A stretch of 64,000 nt of DNA from an uncultured Bdellovibrionales bacterium (GTDB lineage Bacteria > Patescibacteriota > Minisyncoccia > Moranbacterales > UBA1568). Every line of letters begins with the position of its first letter. Positions within the stretch are counted from its first letter, which is position 1. Below the pieces are notes generated by a model. It was not told the DNA's origin and did no database searches. It saw nothing but the letters and a program-made list of their open reading frames with translations. Both the position numbers and the translations under genes were made by a program. The stretch is taken from positions 420,824-484,823 of the forward strand of contig CAZTBI010000001.1 of the NCBI GenBank assembly GCA_964612055.1, read 5' to 3'. This document shows, piece by piece, positions 1-10,870 of the stretch.

Positions 1-1575
1 GACGGATACCAGTCCCAATTTTTTCAAACGTGAACGAATGGCGCCGGGTTTGCGACCAAGTTTTTCTGAAATTTCTTTCATCTGCTTACCGCGCTCAAAC
101 ATCTTTTTCAAATCTTTCTCTTCACTCTCGGTCCAAGAGCGATACGCCTGCGGATGTTTTTCTCTGATCGTATCAAAACTATGCCCTTCTTTCTCTGATT
201 TCTTCTTCTCTTTTTTCACCTTCTTTTCACGCTTCTGCTTGCCACCACAAACGGTAATGAAATTGCGCTCCAGTTCGCGGGCTCGCTCCGCTGTCAGCTT
301 GGCGTAGTCATTCTCTGCTCGCTCTGATGCTTCCCGGAAACGCACATCTTGCTCCAAGACTACTGGATGCACCTGAAAGGCGCGCGGATTGACTCCGAGG
401 AGATGGACACCTGAAAGTGTCCGTACCCGAGAGAGTGCCACGTAACCCTGGCCATATTCAAAAACCCGAGAAAGATCCATGACCGCAGCATCGAGACTCA
501 CCCCCTGGCTCTTGTGAATAGTCATCGCCCACGCGAGACGGAGCGGCAACTGAGTAATCTTGGCAAAGACTTCATCTCCTTCGGCAATCGTCCACTCCAT
601 CGGTTCGGCCGTGATTTTCATGCCATCTTTTGTTTCAATCACCGGGTATTTTTTGTCCGAAGTGAAACCCGTCACCGTTCCGAGCGTACCGTTCACAAAA
701 CCCGCACTAGGATTGTTCTTGGTAAACATGACGGCCGCACCGACTTTCAGCTCCAGACGTTCGGGTGAAAGACAGCCCCGCATAAGAGCGCTCGTCAGTG
801 CCTCCGGACCACGAAGCGCCATAGCATAGGCGTGGGTTTTCCCAGGGAGACGTTTCAGTTCGTTGGCATTTAGCGTATCGACATTGGTATTGTGTGAATA
901 GAGACGCGTCAAATCATCTGGCAGTTCCGCCACCGTAATCATGCGCTCGCTGAGACTTTCGAAATGCCCCTCATCGAATTCATTGCGCCTGATAGCTCCG
1001 AGAATGCGAAGAAAGGTACTGTCTTCTTGGCGATGCTGTTCGGAAAGATAACAAACGGTCGGCGAGAGTGCCTGCCAAACCTCGGAATCAAAAGCGAATT
1101 CAATCGGCTGTTCTTTTCCATCGCGCTCTTTCTTTCCCGAAACCGGTGGCAACTGAAAAAAATCCCCTACCACCACTACCTGTAATCCACCAAAAGGGAG
1201 CCCCAGTTTGCGCACCGCGCGACACACCCGCTCCACTAAAGTCAGCACGCGACCATCGAGCATAGAAATCTCGTCGATGATGAGCACCTTGGCCTGCTTG
1301 ATACGCTTGCTAATGTAGCGATTCTCAGCAATATGACGGAGGGCGTCATCATCGAGTTCTGACTGGATACCAATACCACTCCACGAATGAAGCGTCATGC
1401 CATGAATATGCGTGGCCGCGATACCGGTTGATGCGGTCACGGCAAAATCAATATCATGCTCGCGCAGATATTCGGTGTACTGATTGATGATATGGGTCTT
1501 CCCTGAGCCGGCCTCACCCGTCAAAAACACATGGGCGCCGGTCTTCAGGATAGAGAGTGCTTGATCTTGAGTCAT
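1..1575 (-). CDS. RecD/PIF1-like ATP-dependent DNA helicase (AAA_30 fold). The C-terminus runs past the window start. The N-terminus reads MTQDQALSILKTGAHVFLTGEAGSGKTH (Walker A), and a K/E-rich HTH-like tail lies at low coordinates.
   Basis: Minus-strand translation from the ATG at 1573-1575 has a Walker A motif (GEAGSGKT) and helicase-like motifs. There is no in-frame stop before position 1, so the ORF track does not list it. Confidence 0.75.
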   Translation of the reverse strand, partial: MTQDQALSILKTGAHVFLTGEAGSGKTHIINQYTEYLREHDIDFAVTASTGIAATHIHGMTLHSWSGIGIQSELDDDALRHIAENRYISKRIKQAKVLIIDEISMLDGRVLTLVERVCRAVRKLGLPFGGLQVVVVGDFFQLPPVSGKKERDGKEQPIEFAFDSEVWQALSPTVCYLSEQHRQEDSTFLRILGAIRRNEFDEGHFESLSERMITVAELPDDLTRLYSHNTNVDTLNANELKRLPGKTHAYAMALRGPEALTSALMRGCLSPERLELKVGAAVMFTKNNPSAGFVNGTLGTVTGFTSDKKYPVIETKDGMKITAEPMEWTIAEGDEVFAKITQLPLRLAWAMTIHKSQGVSLDAAVMDLSRVFEYGQGYVALSRVRTLSGVHLLGVNPRAFQVHPVVLEQDVRFREASERAENDYAKLTAERARELERNFITVCGGKQKREKKVKKEKKKSEKEGHSFDTIREKHPQAYRSWTESEEKDLKKMFERGKQMKEISEKLGRKPGAIRSRLKKLGLVSV

Positions 1576-1941
1576 ACTCCCTATCCTACCATCCCAAGAA
1601 GAGAGTATCAAAAGTCCTATGGTAAAGAGAAAGGGTCGCCAGCATTGCCAGCGACCCCACAGATTGTTACGTACAGATGCCACTGTGACACCTTCGTCAG
1701 CGACAGGATGGTATTTCAACGTTGGTTCCAGCCTACCCGGAAGTGGCCTTCAAAACCTCCCACCTATGCTACGCAGCGCCCAAGTACTCGACCGATCAGG
1801 AAAACAAGGACATACCCTTATCTTAACTTCCGACCGTTTTTTCCAATCTGCACAAGCAACCCTATCAAGCAGTTGGCTCAATGTCAAATTGGAAAAGAAA
1901 AAAGCGAGGGATCAGTGATCTTACCCGCTTCTACAGAATCT

Positions 1942-2406
1942 CTAAGCCGCTCTTCGCTCCGCAGCTCGACGCTCTGCATCCTCTCGTTCCCATTGCCGAC
2001 GCATTTCTTCCTCCATGTCACGTTCTTGATCAGGGCACATGGGGTAATGATGCTTTTCCACCCAGAAACGTCGCAGTTTCCCGCAAATCATTCTAGGAGG
2101 ATCCGCAACCCAAACATACGCCTGATACATATTTCCAGGATTGATCAAACTACGACAGTGACTGCAGTCATGATAATCCCAGGCCATTCTCCAATAAGAC
2201 CTCAAGATACGCTCATAGCGCCTGTAGGTATCGTCGTTGTCTGAATATAGCCGTGCATCCTCTCCATCGAGGAGGAGTTCGACGGCCTCCGCGATAGGGG
2301 TTTTCATGAGGAACTCCAAGGAACTAAGTACAAAAAATGGTAGCAAATTATAAATAAACTGTCTATCGGCGGTGGCAAAATGTTTACATTCCTCACATAT
2401 TGCCAC
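1942..2406 (-). CDS. Hypothetical Cys/His-rich protein (154 aa)
   Basis: ORF in the six-frame track with protein-like composition (CxxC-type cysteines and an acidic/Arg-rich tail). No recognisable family. Confidence 0.4.
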   Translation of the reverse strand: MAICEECKHFATADRQFIYNLLPFFVLSSLEFLMKTPIAEAVELLLDGEDARLYSDNDDTYRRYERILRSYWRMAWDYHDCSHCRSLINPGNMYQAYVWVADPPRMICGKLRRFWVEKHHYPMCPDQERDMEEEMRRQWEREDAERRAAERRAA

Positions 2407-2480
2407 TCTAGCACTTTACAAAAAGAAAATCCTGCCATGGCTGATGGCAAGATCTTTACTTTACCCTAAAAAACCATCAA

Positions 2481-3383
2481 TTACTTCTTCTTGGCGCCGG
2501 TCGCGACAAAAGACGCGCCGATCTTCCAGCGGCCGCGTTCACGAAAAGCAGGAATAGTCTGCTTGCGAGCCGCATTGATGAGACCACTTAGGACAAGCTG
2601 GTGCTTCTTGGCATACTCTGACAACGTCACGATCTCCTCTCCTTTCAGGTAGGTGATACGCTTATGGAGAGACTCCATAAGAGCGAAGGCCACAATTTTT
2701 TCCATACGCTGCACCTGTTTGGTCGCATCGTACTCGCGAAAAGACTGATAATAGATACCTTTTTCCTTATCACGGATGATAACCACTGGGAAACCAAGTC
2801 GGAAAAGCTGGTAGTTCATGAGCGCCCGACCGATCCGACCATTGCCGTCACAGAACGGGTGAACACGCTCGAACTCGAGATGGAAACGGGCGATGACGTC
2901 AGTCACATAGCTCTCGTGATCACTTCCGTACTGTTCGATAGCGCGCTCCATCAAGGAAGCGACTTGCTCCGGTGCCGGTGCGATATGCTGCCCGACCCGG
3001 ACGAACTCACCCGGTGCTCGAAAACGTCCGGCAATCTTGTCATCGATATTACCGATCAACATCCTATGAAGAAGCAATACAAATTCTTCGGAGAGATCCG
3101 TGTTTCGCGCCTTAACCTTGATGTACTCCATCACTCGAGCCAGATTCTTGGCTTCGAAAACTTCTCGCAACTCAACCGTGCGCGATACCTCCATCTCAAA
3201 CAGGATCTTCTCCGTTTCTTTCAGCGTCAGAGTGGAGTTCTCAATGGCATTCGAGTTATAGACCCCTTCTGGAATTTCTACCTCATCGAGCACGTTCAAA
3301 AGCGCCTCTTTCCCCTTCTTGAGAGAGTCGAACTCCTTCTTGAGAGCCCTGATACGCTTTTTGTACACCGCGTTCAATGCCAT
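2481..3383 (-). CDS. fic: Fic family protein (Fido domain, AMPylation-type)
   Basis: Canonical Fic motif HPFCDGNGRIGR (HPFx[D/E]GNGRxxR) is present in the 300-aa ORF. Confidence 0.9.
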   Translation of the reverse strand: MALNAVYKKRIRALKKEFDSLKKGKEALLNVLDEVEIPEGVYNSNAIENSTLTLKETEKILFEMEVSRTVELREVFEAKNLARVMEYIKVKARNTDLSEEFVLLLHRMLIGNIDDKIAGRFRAPGEFVRVGQHIAPAPEQVASLMERAIEQYGSDHESYVTDVIARFHLEFERVHPFCDGNGRIGRALMNYQLFRLGFPVVIIRDKEKGIYYQSFREYDATKQVQRMEKIVAFALMESLHKRITYLKGEEIVTLSEYAKKHQLVLSGLINAARKQTIPAFRERGRWKIGASFVATGAKKK

Positions 3384-3388
3384 AGGAA

Positions 3389-3453
3389 AGATGGTTAATT
3401 TATACTCCTATTATACAAAATTAACCATCTTTTGTCAATAGATGGTTAATTTT
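3389..3453 (-). promoter_or_regulatory. Consensus sigma-70 promoter with three copies of a 13-14 nt operator motif upstream of fic. On the minus strand it reads TTGACA, a 17-nt spacer, then TATAAT. The motif is AGATGGTTAATTT.
   Basis: A perfect 14-bp inverted repeat AAAATTAACCATCT/AGATGGTTAATTTT lies at 3417-3430 and 3440-3453. Its 9-nt spacer contains the -35 box TTGACA (revcomp of 3433-3438). The -10 box TATAAT is the revcomp of 3410-3415, giving a 17-nt spacer. A third direct copy of AGATGGTTAATTT lies at 3389-3401, abutting the fic start. Confidence 0.6.
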
Positions 3454-3482
3454 ATGATAAACTGTACTATATTAACCTTATT

Positions 3483-3797
3483 TTAGGGGTTTTCACCACT
3501 TTTGCGAGTGAAGTACCAAAGGACATTGGCCAGAGCCAAAAAAATCATAATGAAAGCGCCGAAAGGAAAGGTAATCAATCCAAACCAACCAGAGACAAAG
3601 AGAACGTAGATAACACTCCCGCCAGGACAATCAGGCACGGAACTTTCGCCGAGTGCACCGCAACCAAGCGCATGCCCCAGAAGGGACCCGAAAATTACCA
3701 GAATGAGCGGCGCAGCCGAGATGATGGCTACGATGGCATAAGCCAAGACCCAATGTCTCCAGGTAAAAAAATGTGAGTAGCTAAAATATTTCATCAT
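3483..3797 (-). CDS. Small integral membrane protein (104 aa, 3 predicted TM helices)
   Basis: Hydrophobic ORF in the track; no family recognised. Confidence 0.5.
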   Translation of the reverse strand: MMKYFSYSHFFTWRHWVLAYAIVAIISAAPLILVIFGSLLGHALGCGALGESSVPDCPGGSVIYVLFVSGWFGLITFPFGAFIMIFLALANVLWYFTRKSGENP

Positions 3798-3806
3798 ACT
3801 GTGAGT

Positions 3807-4244
3807 TTATAATGAGAGATGCTTGGTTGGCTTGAGAACAGCAGTCGGATCAGTCTTCCATTCATCTGAAACATCAGCATAAAGCTCGAGCTCGTTACCA
3901 TCGGGATCGAGGACATAGAGACTGTGCGTCACATGATGATCAGCGGAACCAACGATGGTGACATCTTTTGCTTTCAATTCTTCGTACACGGCACGGAGCA
4001 CTTCCGGACCATCCCCTATCTTGAACCCAATATGGTACAAGCCTGGCTCTGGCATGTGTCGTTCTTTTGGCACACCGCCGATTTCGAGAAGAAGCATCTC
4101 ATGATGTGTCCGGCCAGAAGAAAAGATAGCCATGCCGGGAGCACGTTTGATCTCATGAAACCCGAGCGTATCACGATAGAAATTGGCCATCTTTTCAATA
4201 CTGGTGACGTAGAGAACGATATGTCCGAGTTCTTTGATTTCCAT
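3807..4244 (-). CDS. VOC family protein (glyoxalase/bleomycin-resistance/dioxygenase fold)
   Basis: Start reads MEIKELGHIVLYVTSIEKMANFYRDTLGF, typical of the glyoxalase/VOC N-terminus. The ORF is 145 aa. Confidence 0.75.
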   Translation of the reverse strand: MEIKELGHIVLYVTSIEKMANFYRDTLGFHEIKRAPGMAIFSSGRTHHEMLLLEIGGVPKERHMPEPGLYHIGFKIGDGPEVLRAVYEELKAKDVTIVGSADHHVTHSLYVLDPDGNELELYADVSDEWKTDPTAVLKPTKHLSL

Positions 4245-4256
4245 ATCTCTTTTGAT

Positions 4257-4856
4257 TTAGAATTTTCGACTATCGTAAGCCCAGTGCAAAAGCGCCTGAC
4301 GCTGACGTGGTCGACAACTGAGATCGCCTCGTCGACAATGGTGCGCTATCTGAGCGATGTGACGACTGATTACTTTCCAACGTTTGATCTGTCGCTCGTC
4401 CTCTCCTTTCAGGCGTCGTCCCATGTAGTAACGACAGTACCATTGAAACCAGCCACGCGGATCATCTGGAGAGATCCACTCTTTTTCCCGCCAGACAGCA
4501 AGTGATTGCGAAGCCCTGACATGAAAAAAATTTAAACTGGCATCGTAGTGTTCCGGTGAGAGCTTCGCATAAACAAACCAAGCTTTCGGAAATTCATCAC
4601 GACAATCAGTCATGTATTTCCCACCAAAGACTCCGAGTGCCAACATCTCTTGTGGCGTCAGATCCGGCTTGAATTCTGAATGGAAATTTTTTCCGACTGG
4701 CTCGGTACACGTATACACGTAGCCTGATTGCATTTTATCATGTACTACGATTTTCGACTGCATAGCAGAAATTCTTTCAAGAAATGGGAACGGGTCTGAA
4801 GCGACATGCGCGACAGACCCGATCATACAAACAATGCCACGACCATCAATCAGCAT
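4257..4856 (-). CDS. Hypothetical protein (199 aa)
   Basis: ORF with protein-like composition. It overlaps the upstream ORF by 11 nt, which suggests translational coupling. Confidence 0.5.
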   Translation of the reverse strand: MLIDGRGIVCMIGSVAHVASDPFPFLERISAMQSKIVVHDKMQSGYVYTCTEPVGKNFHSEFKPDLTPQEMLALGVFGGKYMTDCRDEFPKAWFVYAKLSPEHYDASLNFFHVRASQSLAVWREKEWISPDDPRGWFQWYCRYYMGRRLKGEDERQIKRWKVISRHIAQIAHHCRRGDLSCRPRQRQALLHWAYDSRKF

Positions 4857-5283
4857 AGTGGCGCCTCCTAATCGTGTAGAGCTTGCCAGTCAATCCACCG
4901 GTCAAGCTGATATCGGTCCGTAGGAAACGAAAGGTCTGCCGCCATCTGCCGGACGACGCACCAATCCGGTACTCCATACGAACCACGTACTCACCGGCAT
5001 CTGGACGACGCTCACGACTCACAGAGAAGCCAAGAATCTGCACATCTTGGTAGAGTGCGGCACTCTTCTCCGCCGTCATCTCCAGCGCACCGTGATGATG
5101 ATCCAGGATGATCTGCGTGATCCTCTCCCGAAGCTTCGCACGATACAGAGGATAGGAAAACCTGAACCTCCGGCCAGGCCCTCGATGAGCGCCTTCACGA
5201 ATGACGAAGAAGGACTCTACTTCCTTCGAAGTGAAAGAGATTTGGACGCCGACAGCGCCCCGTGGGATGGTGTTGGTCAGCAC
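4846..5283 (-). CDS. Hypothetical protein (145 aa), translationally coupled to the downstream 199-aa ORF
   Basis: ORF in the track; overlaps the next ORF by 11 nt. Confidence 0.45.
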   Translation of the reverse strand: MLTNTIPRGAVGVQISFTSKEVESFFVIREGAHRGPGRRFRFSYPLYRAKLRERITQIILDHHHGALEMTAEKSAALYQDVQILGFSVSRERRPDAGEYVVRMEYRIGASSGRWRQTFRFLRTDISLTGGLTGKLYTIRRRHYAD

Positions 5284-5362
5284 GGTGACCTCCTTTCAGG
5301 GTCGATGTTGAGGAACCATCTCAAGTCTAGGTTGTTACCCTAATGGTGTCAAACTTGATTTT

Positions 5363-7942
<2,580 letters not shown>

Positions 7943-7960
7943 AACGGTAGTACGGAAAAT

Positions 7961-8659
7961 TTAGAAATACTCTAGCATGGCACGATAGTCTTCTTCACGT
8001 TCGAGATGTACCACCAATTCAATCGTTCCAAGTGGCAACTGCTGACTGAAGGTGCCAAAATCAGAAATCCAATCCAAGCTGACCAAATAGTCCGAAGTTT
8101 CAAATGGCGCTTCTTTGTAGAGCTGATACGTGCGTTTCCAAAAGAGATCGAGCATCTTACCAATCAAGTTGAAATCAAGTGGCAGGATCATCCCCTTTTT
8201 ACTAAACCGGACGTACTGAGATTTATACTCTCGGGCCAGTTTGATAAAAATGCGTGAAAAGGCTGGAAAAAAATGGAGGTGCTCGTGGGAATTGAGTCCG
8301 TCTGGTAAACGACCAAAGAGCTCTTCGAAACGCATGATTTGATCACGCCATTCAGCCTCTACTTTCTTCGCTGTGAGTAATCCTGTGCAGTACCGCATAA
8401 AAAAGTTGATCCCTCGCAAGAGGGCACTCTCCTTCACTTTCGATCCGCTCTTCAAAAGTCCGATAAGCTCGAGGTGGAGATCGATCTTCACCCCTGAAGC
8501 TAGAAGGGCTTGAGCCTGGTCAAGAGAGACGTAATGAATGAGTACTGCCACTCGATCAACCCTGCCTTCATGCACTAAACGCAAAATCGGCTCCGCTGTC
8601 TGTCGGATGCCGTAGTCATCAGCTGTCACGATAAAATTTCTGCGAATACCCTCAGTCAT
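7961..8659 (-). CDS. YdjC/ChbG-like carbohydrate deacetylase family protein
   Basis: N-terminal ...IVTADDYGI... resembles the YdjC family signature (ADDFG). 232 aa. Confidence 0.6.
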   Translation of the reverse strand: MTEGIRRNFIVTADDYGIRQTAEPILRLVHEGRVDRVAVLIHYVSLDQAQALLASGVKIDLHLELIGLLKSGSKVKESALLRGINFFMRYCTGLLTAKKVEAEWRDQIMRFEELFGRLPDGLNSHEHLHFFPAFSRIFIKLAREYKSQYVRFSKKGMILPLDFNLIGKMLDLFWKRTYQLYKEAPFETSDYLVSLDWISDFGTFSQQLPLGTIELVVHLEREEDYRAMLEYF

Positions 8660-8725
8660 TGAGACAAACAGTAAAAGAGAAGATACGCTCCATTGTGGCA
8701 GAAAAACGCACTCGGAGCAAGTCTC

Positions 8726-9034
8726 TTAAGCACCGAGTAGACTCACCACTCGGCCATTTTTTATTACCACTCCCTCTTCAGTCAAAAGCTCTTTTTTCTT
8801 CTTGACGCCACGATTGTACTGTCCCAGCTGTCCATCAGAACGAACCACTCGGTGACAGGGAATAGCCGGATCGTAATTGTGCTTCATGAGCGTCCCGACA
8901 GCTCGAGCTGCTTTTGGAAAACCAGCCTTGGCCGCGACAGCAGCGTAACTCATGACTTGGCCCTTGCGAATCCCCCGTACTACCTTGTGTACGGCGGAAG
9001 CAAAAGAAATGGGCGCTTTTTTCTTTGATACCAT
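8726..9034 (-). CDS. MGMT-family protein (methylated-DNA-protein-cysteine methyltransferase DNA-binding/active-site domain)
   Basis: PCHRVV active-site motif within a 102-aa ORF, as in the Ogt C-terminal domain. Confidence 0.75.
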   Translation of the reverse strand: MVSKKKAPISFASAVHKVVRGIRKGQVMSYAAVAAKAGFPKAARAVGTLMKHNYDPAIPCHRVVRSDGQLGQYNRGVKKKKELLTEEGVVIKNGRVVSLLGA

Positions 9035-9039
9035 ACCGC

Positions 9040-9882
9040 CTAATCCTTGGTATCACTCATAACTTCTTTCAATTTCTCGGCTGCAGCTTCCACGGTCGCC
9101 TTAAAATCGCTCATCGCCTTCTCGATAGCAACCTGACGAGTGTCAGCCAATGCCTGAATTTCTTTGCGGATCTTTTCAGATTCAGTTCTATCTGCTTGAA
9201 GGGCTTTGTGCGCCGCTACCAGCGCCGCCTGAAAGTTGGATCGAACAGTTGCTGGAGCAGTACCAGCCTCACAATCAGACTTTGCTTTATCAAGCGCAGA
9301 TTTCATGGCAGCTGCGAATGCATCGGCAGCGCTCTGCATATCATCCTTACGCGAAGCAAGAGCAGCATCGACGCCGGTACGGAAAGTTTCAATGGCAGCA
9401 TTCACTGCATCACGACGATCATCCACTGCCTCTTCAACCGTCTTTTTGAAGTCATCTACCGCCTCTTCCTCGGCATCAGTATTAGCCTTGGCATCAAGTT
9501 TGGCGTACATTTCACTACGCTTGGAGTCAGCATCGGAGCGACTATCTTCGAGCTTGGAGTCACGACTATCCCGACCCTCGTCCATCTGTCCGACACGTTC
9601 ACCAACTCGTCCCTCAAAATTCTGACGAGCCGAAGCCATGCCAGAACCGATAGTGCTCGCTGTTTCTGTAAAACGATTACAGAAAACTTCCTGCATACGA
9701 TCTCGTGCCGCCTCCATCCTCTCAGAGCGTTCTTCTTGAAGGGTGCTGGCTCGCTCCTCGCGATTCTGTAATCCAGCAGCCGATGGAAGAGCAGCTGAGA
9801 CAGACAGTGGCGCCACTAACGACACGGCGCCAAGAAAAGCTACCGCCTTACGCTGAAATTTCTTAAAAGCTATTTTCATCAT
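9040..9882 (-). CDS. Secreted coiled-coil protein (signal peptide; Ala/Glu/Asp/Arg-rich)
   Basis: N-terminal signal-like hydrophobic segment followed by low-complexity helical sequence. Confidence 0.55.
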   Translation of the reverse strand: MMKIAFKKFQRKAVAFLGAVSLVAPLSVSAALPSAAGLQNREERASTLQEERSERMEAARDRMQEVFCNRFTETASTIGSGMASARQNFEGRVGERVGQMDEGRDSRDSKLEDSRSDADSKRSEMYAKLDAKANTDAEEEAVDDFKKTVEEAVDDRRDAVNAAIETFRTGVDAALASRKDDMQSAADAFAAAMKSALDKAKSDCEAGTAPATVRSNFQAALVAAHKALQADRTESEKIRKEIQALADTRQVAIEKAMSDFKATVEAAAEKLKEVMSDTKD

Positions 9883-10189
9883 AAGATGTTCCTAAGTTAT
9901 TTACACTTTCACTATCCTGGTCGAATTCTTCGAGAGCCCCCATCTCTTCTTCATCCAAGGCTGTAGCGTCAGCATGAGATTCCGAAACAATACTGGCACT
10001 GATATCATCAACACTCTCCGGTACTGGTGCGCTGTCCTGCAGAGGAGGAGACTGCTGCCTCGTCGTACCATTTGAAGTCATCAATGGTTGTGATAGAGAG
10101 TTAGAGGCAAACTGGCCATAAACAAAGAAACATACTAGCAGCAGAACCACTCCTCCGACTATGATTCCCACGATTTGTTTTTGTGTCAT
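9863..10189 (-). CDS. Membrane-anchored hypothetical protein. Start likely at the internal Met (MTQKQIVGIIVGGVVLLLV); the track ORF extends to 10270.
   Basis: Single TM helix after MTQKQ, followed by a Ser/Asp/Glu-rich tail. Confidence 0.45.
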   Translation of the reverse strand: MTQKQIVGIIVGGVVLLLVCFFVYGQFASNSLSQPLMTSNGTTRQQSPPLQDSAPVPESVDDISASIVSESHADATALDEEEMGALEEFDQDSESVNNLGTSYDENSF

Positions 10190-10264
10190 ACGCTTTATTG
10201 AAAGGTGATTATCCGTCTCTAGTATACTCTCGGACGCCACGATTGACAACGAAAGGACTTCCTC

Positions 10265-10837
10265 TTGCAAGAAGACCTCCCCGGTGCTACGTTTGAGGCA
10301 AGTTCCTCAACAACTTGGGAGACAGCTATGCGAAAAGAAGCTCTGGCTCGCCAACAGGATGAGCGGTTAATTGCCTTTGTTGTACAAATCACCACACCAC
10401 CTTCGCCGGAAACAGGCGGGGCGGTCCTCATCACTTGCCTGGCGCATGACCTTGGAAAGCTTAGATATTCCTGGCGCATCCCAAACAAAGCGCTGTTCGT
10501 TGATATCTACCGCAGCAATCTCACCAGGTTCCCGGTGGGCGCTAAGTTCCAGGCACGAGACTCCGCTGCAAAGATGTTCTGGGAAGTGAATCTCATGAAC
10601 CACTATTGGGAAAGGGGCCTCCCATTCAGCTCGACAGCAAGAGATGTCATCGCAACACAAGCAGAACAAATCGTGCGATCCTTTCCACGAAACTTTGGGT
10701 TGCCGGATGGGTTCCTTATCGATCTCGAGCTTCTTTCTCCAGACAACACTCGCTCCTGCGATTGGTGGGGAACTCGTGAACGAATCATGAACCACAGACC
10801 CGCCGATGGACAGAACGGTCCAAAGACCAAAGAGTAA
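10265..10837 (+). CDS. Hypothetical protein (190 aa; alternative start near 10328)
   Basis: Protein-like ORF. It ends 4 nt before a hairpin plus T-run terminator shared with uvrB. The overlapping minus-strand ORF 10367..10795 is Cys/Trp-rich and less protein-like. Confidence 0.4.
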   Translation: MQEDLPGATFEASSSTTWETAMRKEALARQQDERLIAFVVQITTPPSPETGGAVLITCLAHDLGKLRYSWRIPNKALFVDIYRSNLTRFPVGAKFQARDSAAKMFWEVNLMNHYWERGLPFSSTARDVIATQAEQIVRSFPRNFGLPDGFLIDLELLSPDNTRSCDWWGTRERIMNHRPADGQNGPKTKE

Positions 10838-10840
10838 CCA

Positions 10841-10870
10841 AGCAGATGCAAGGCATCTGCTTTTTCTTTT
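10841..10870. terminator. Bidirectional rho-independent terminator (AGCAGATGC-aagg-GCATCTGCT followed by a T-run)
   Basis: 9-bp perfect stem with a 4-nt loop, then TTTTTCTTTT. It sits between convergent genes (the plus ORF ends 10837; uvrB ends 10870). Confidence 0.7.

Noticed and set aside
1531-2244. 237-aa plus-strand ORF across the helicase start and intergenic region
   Set aside because: Low-complexity, Pro/Arg/Ser/Thr-rich and non-protein-like composition. It overlaps the real minus-strand genes and intergenic DNA, so it is likely spurious.
2664-3398. 244-aa plus-strand ORF antisense to fic
   Set aside because: It is fully contained in the well-supported fic gene, which carries the diagnostic HPFxDGNGR motif, on the opposite strand. 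It is an antisense artefact.
9025-9771. 248-aa plus-strand ORF, and further plus ORFs 9150..9449 and 9236..9625, antisense to the secreted coiled-coil gene
   Set aside because: Antisense of a low-complexity Ala/Glu-rich gene generates long open frames. Their composition (Ser/Cys/Leu-rich) is not protein-like.
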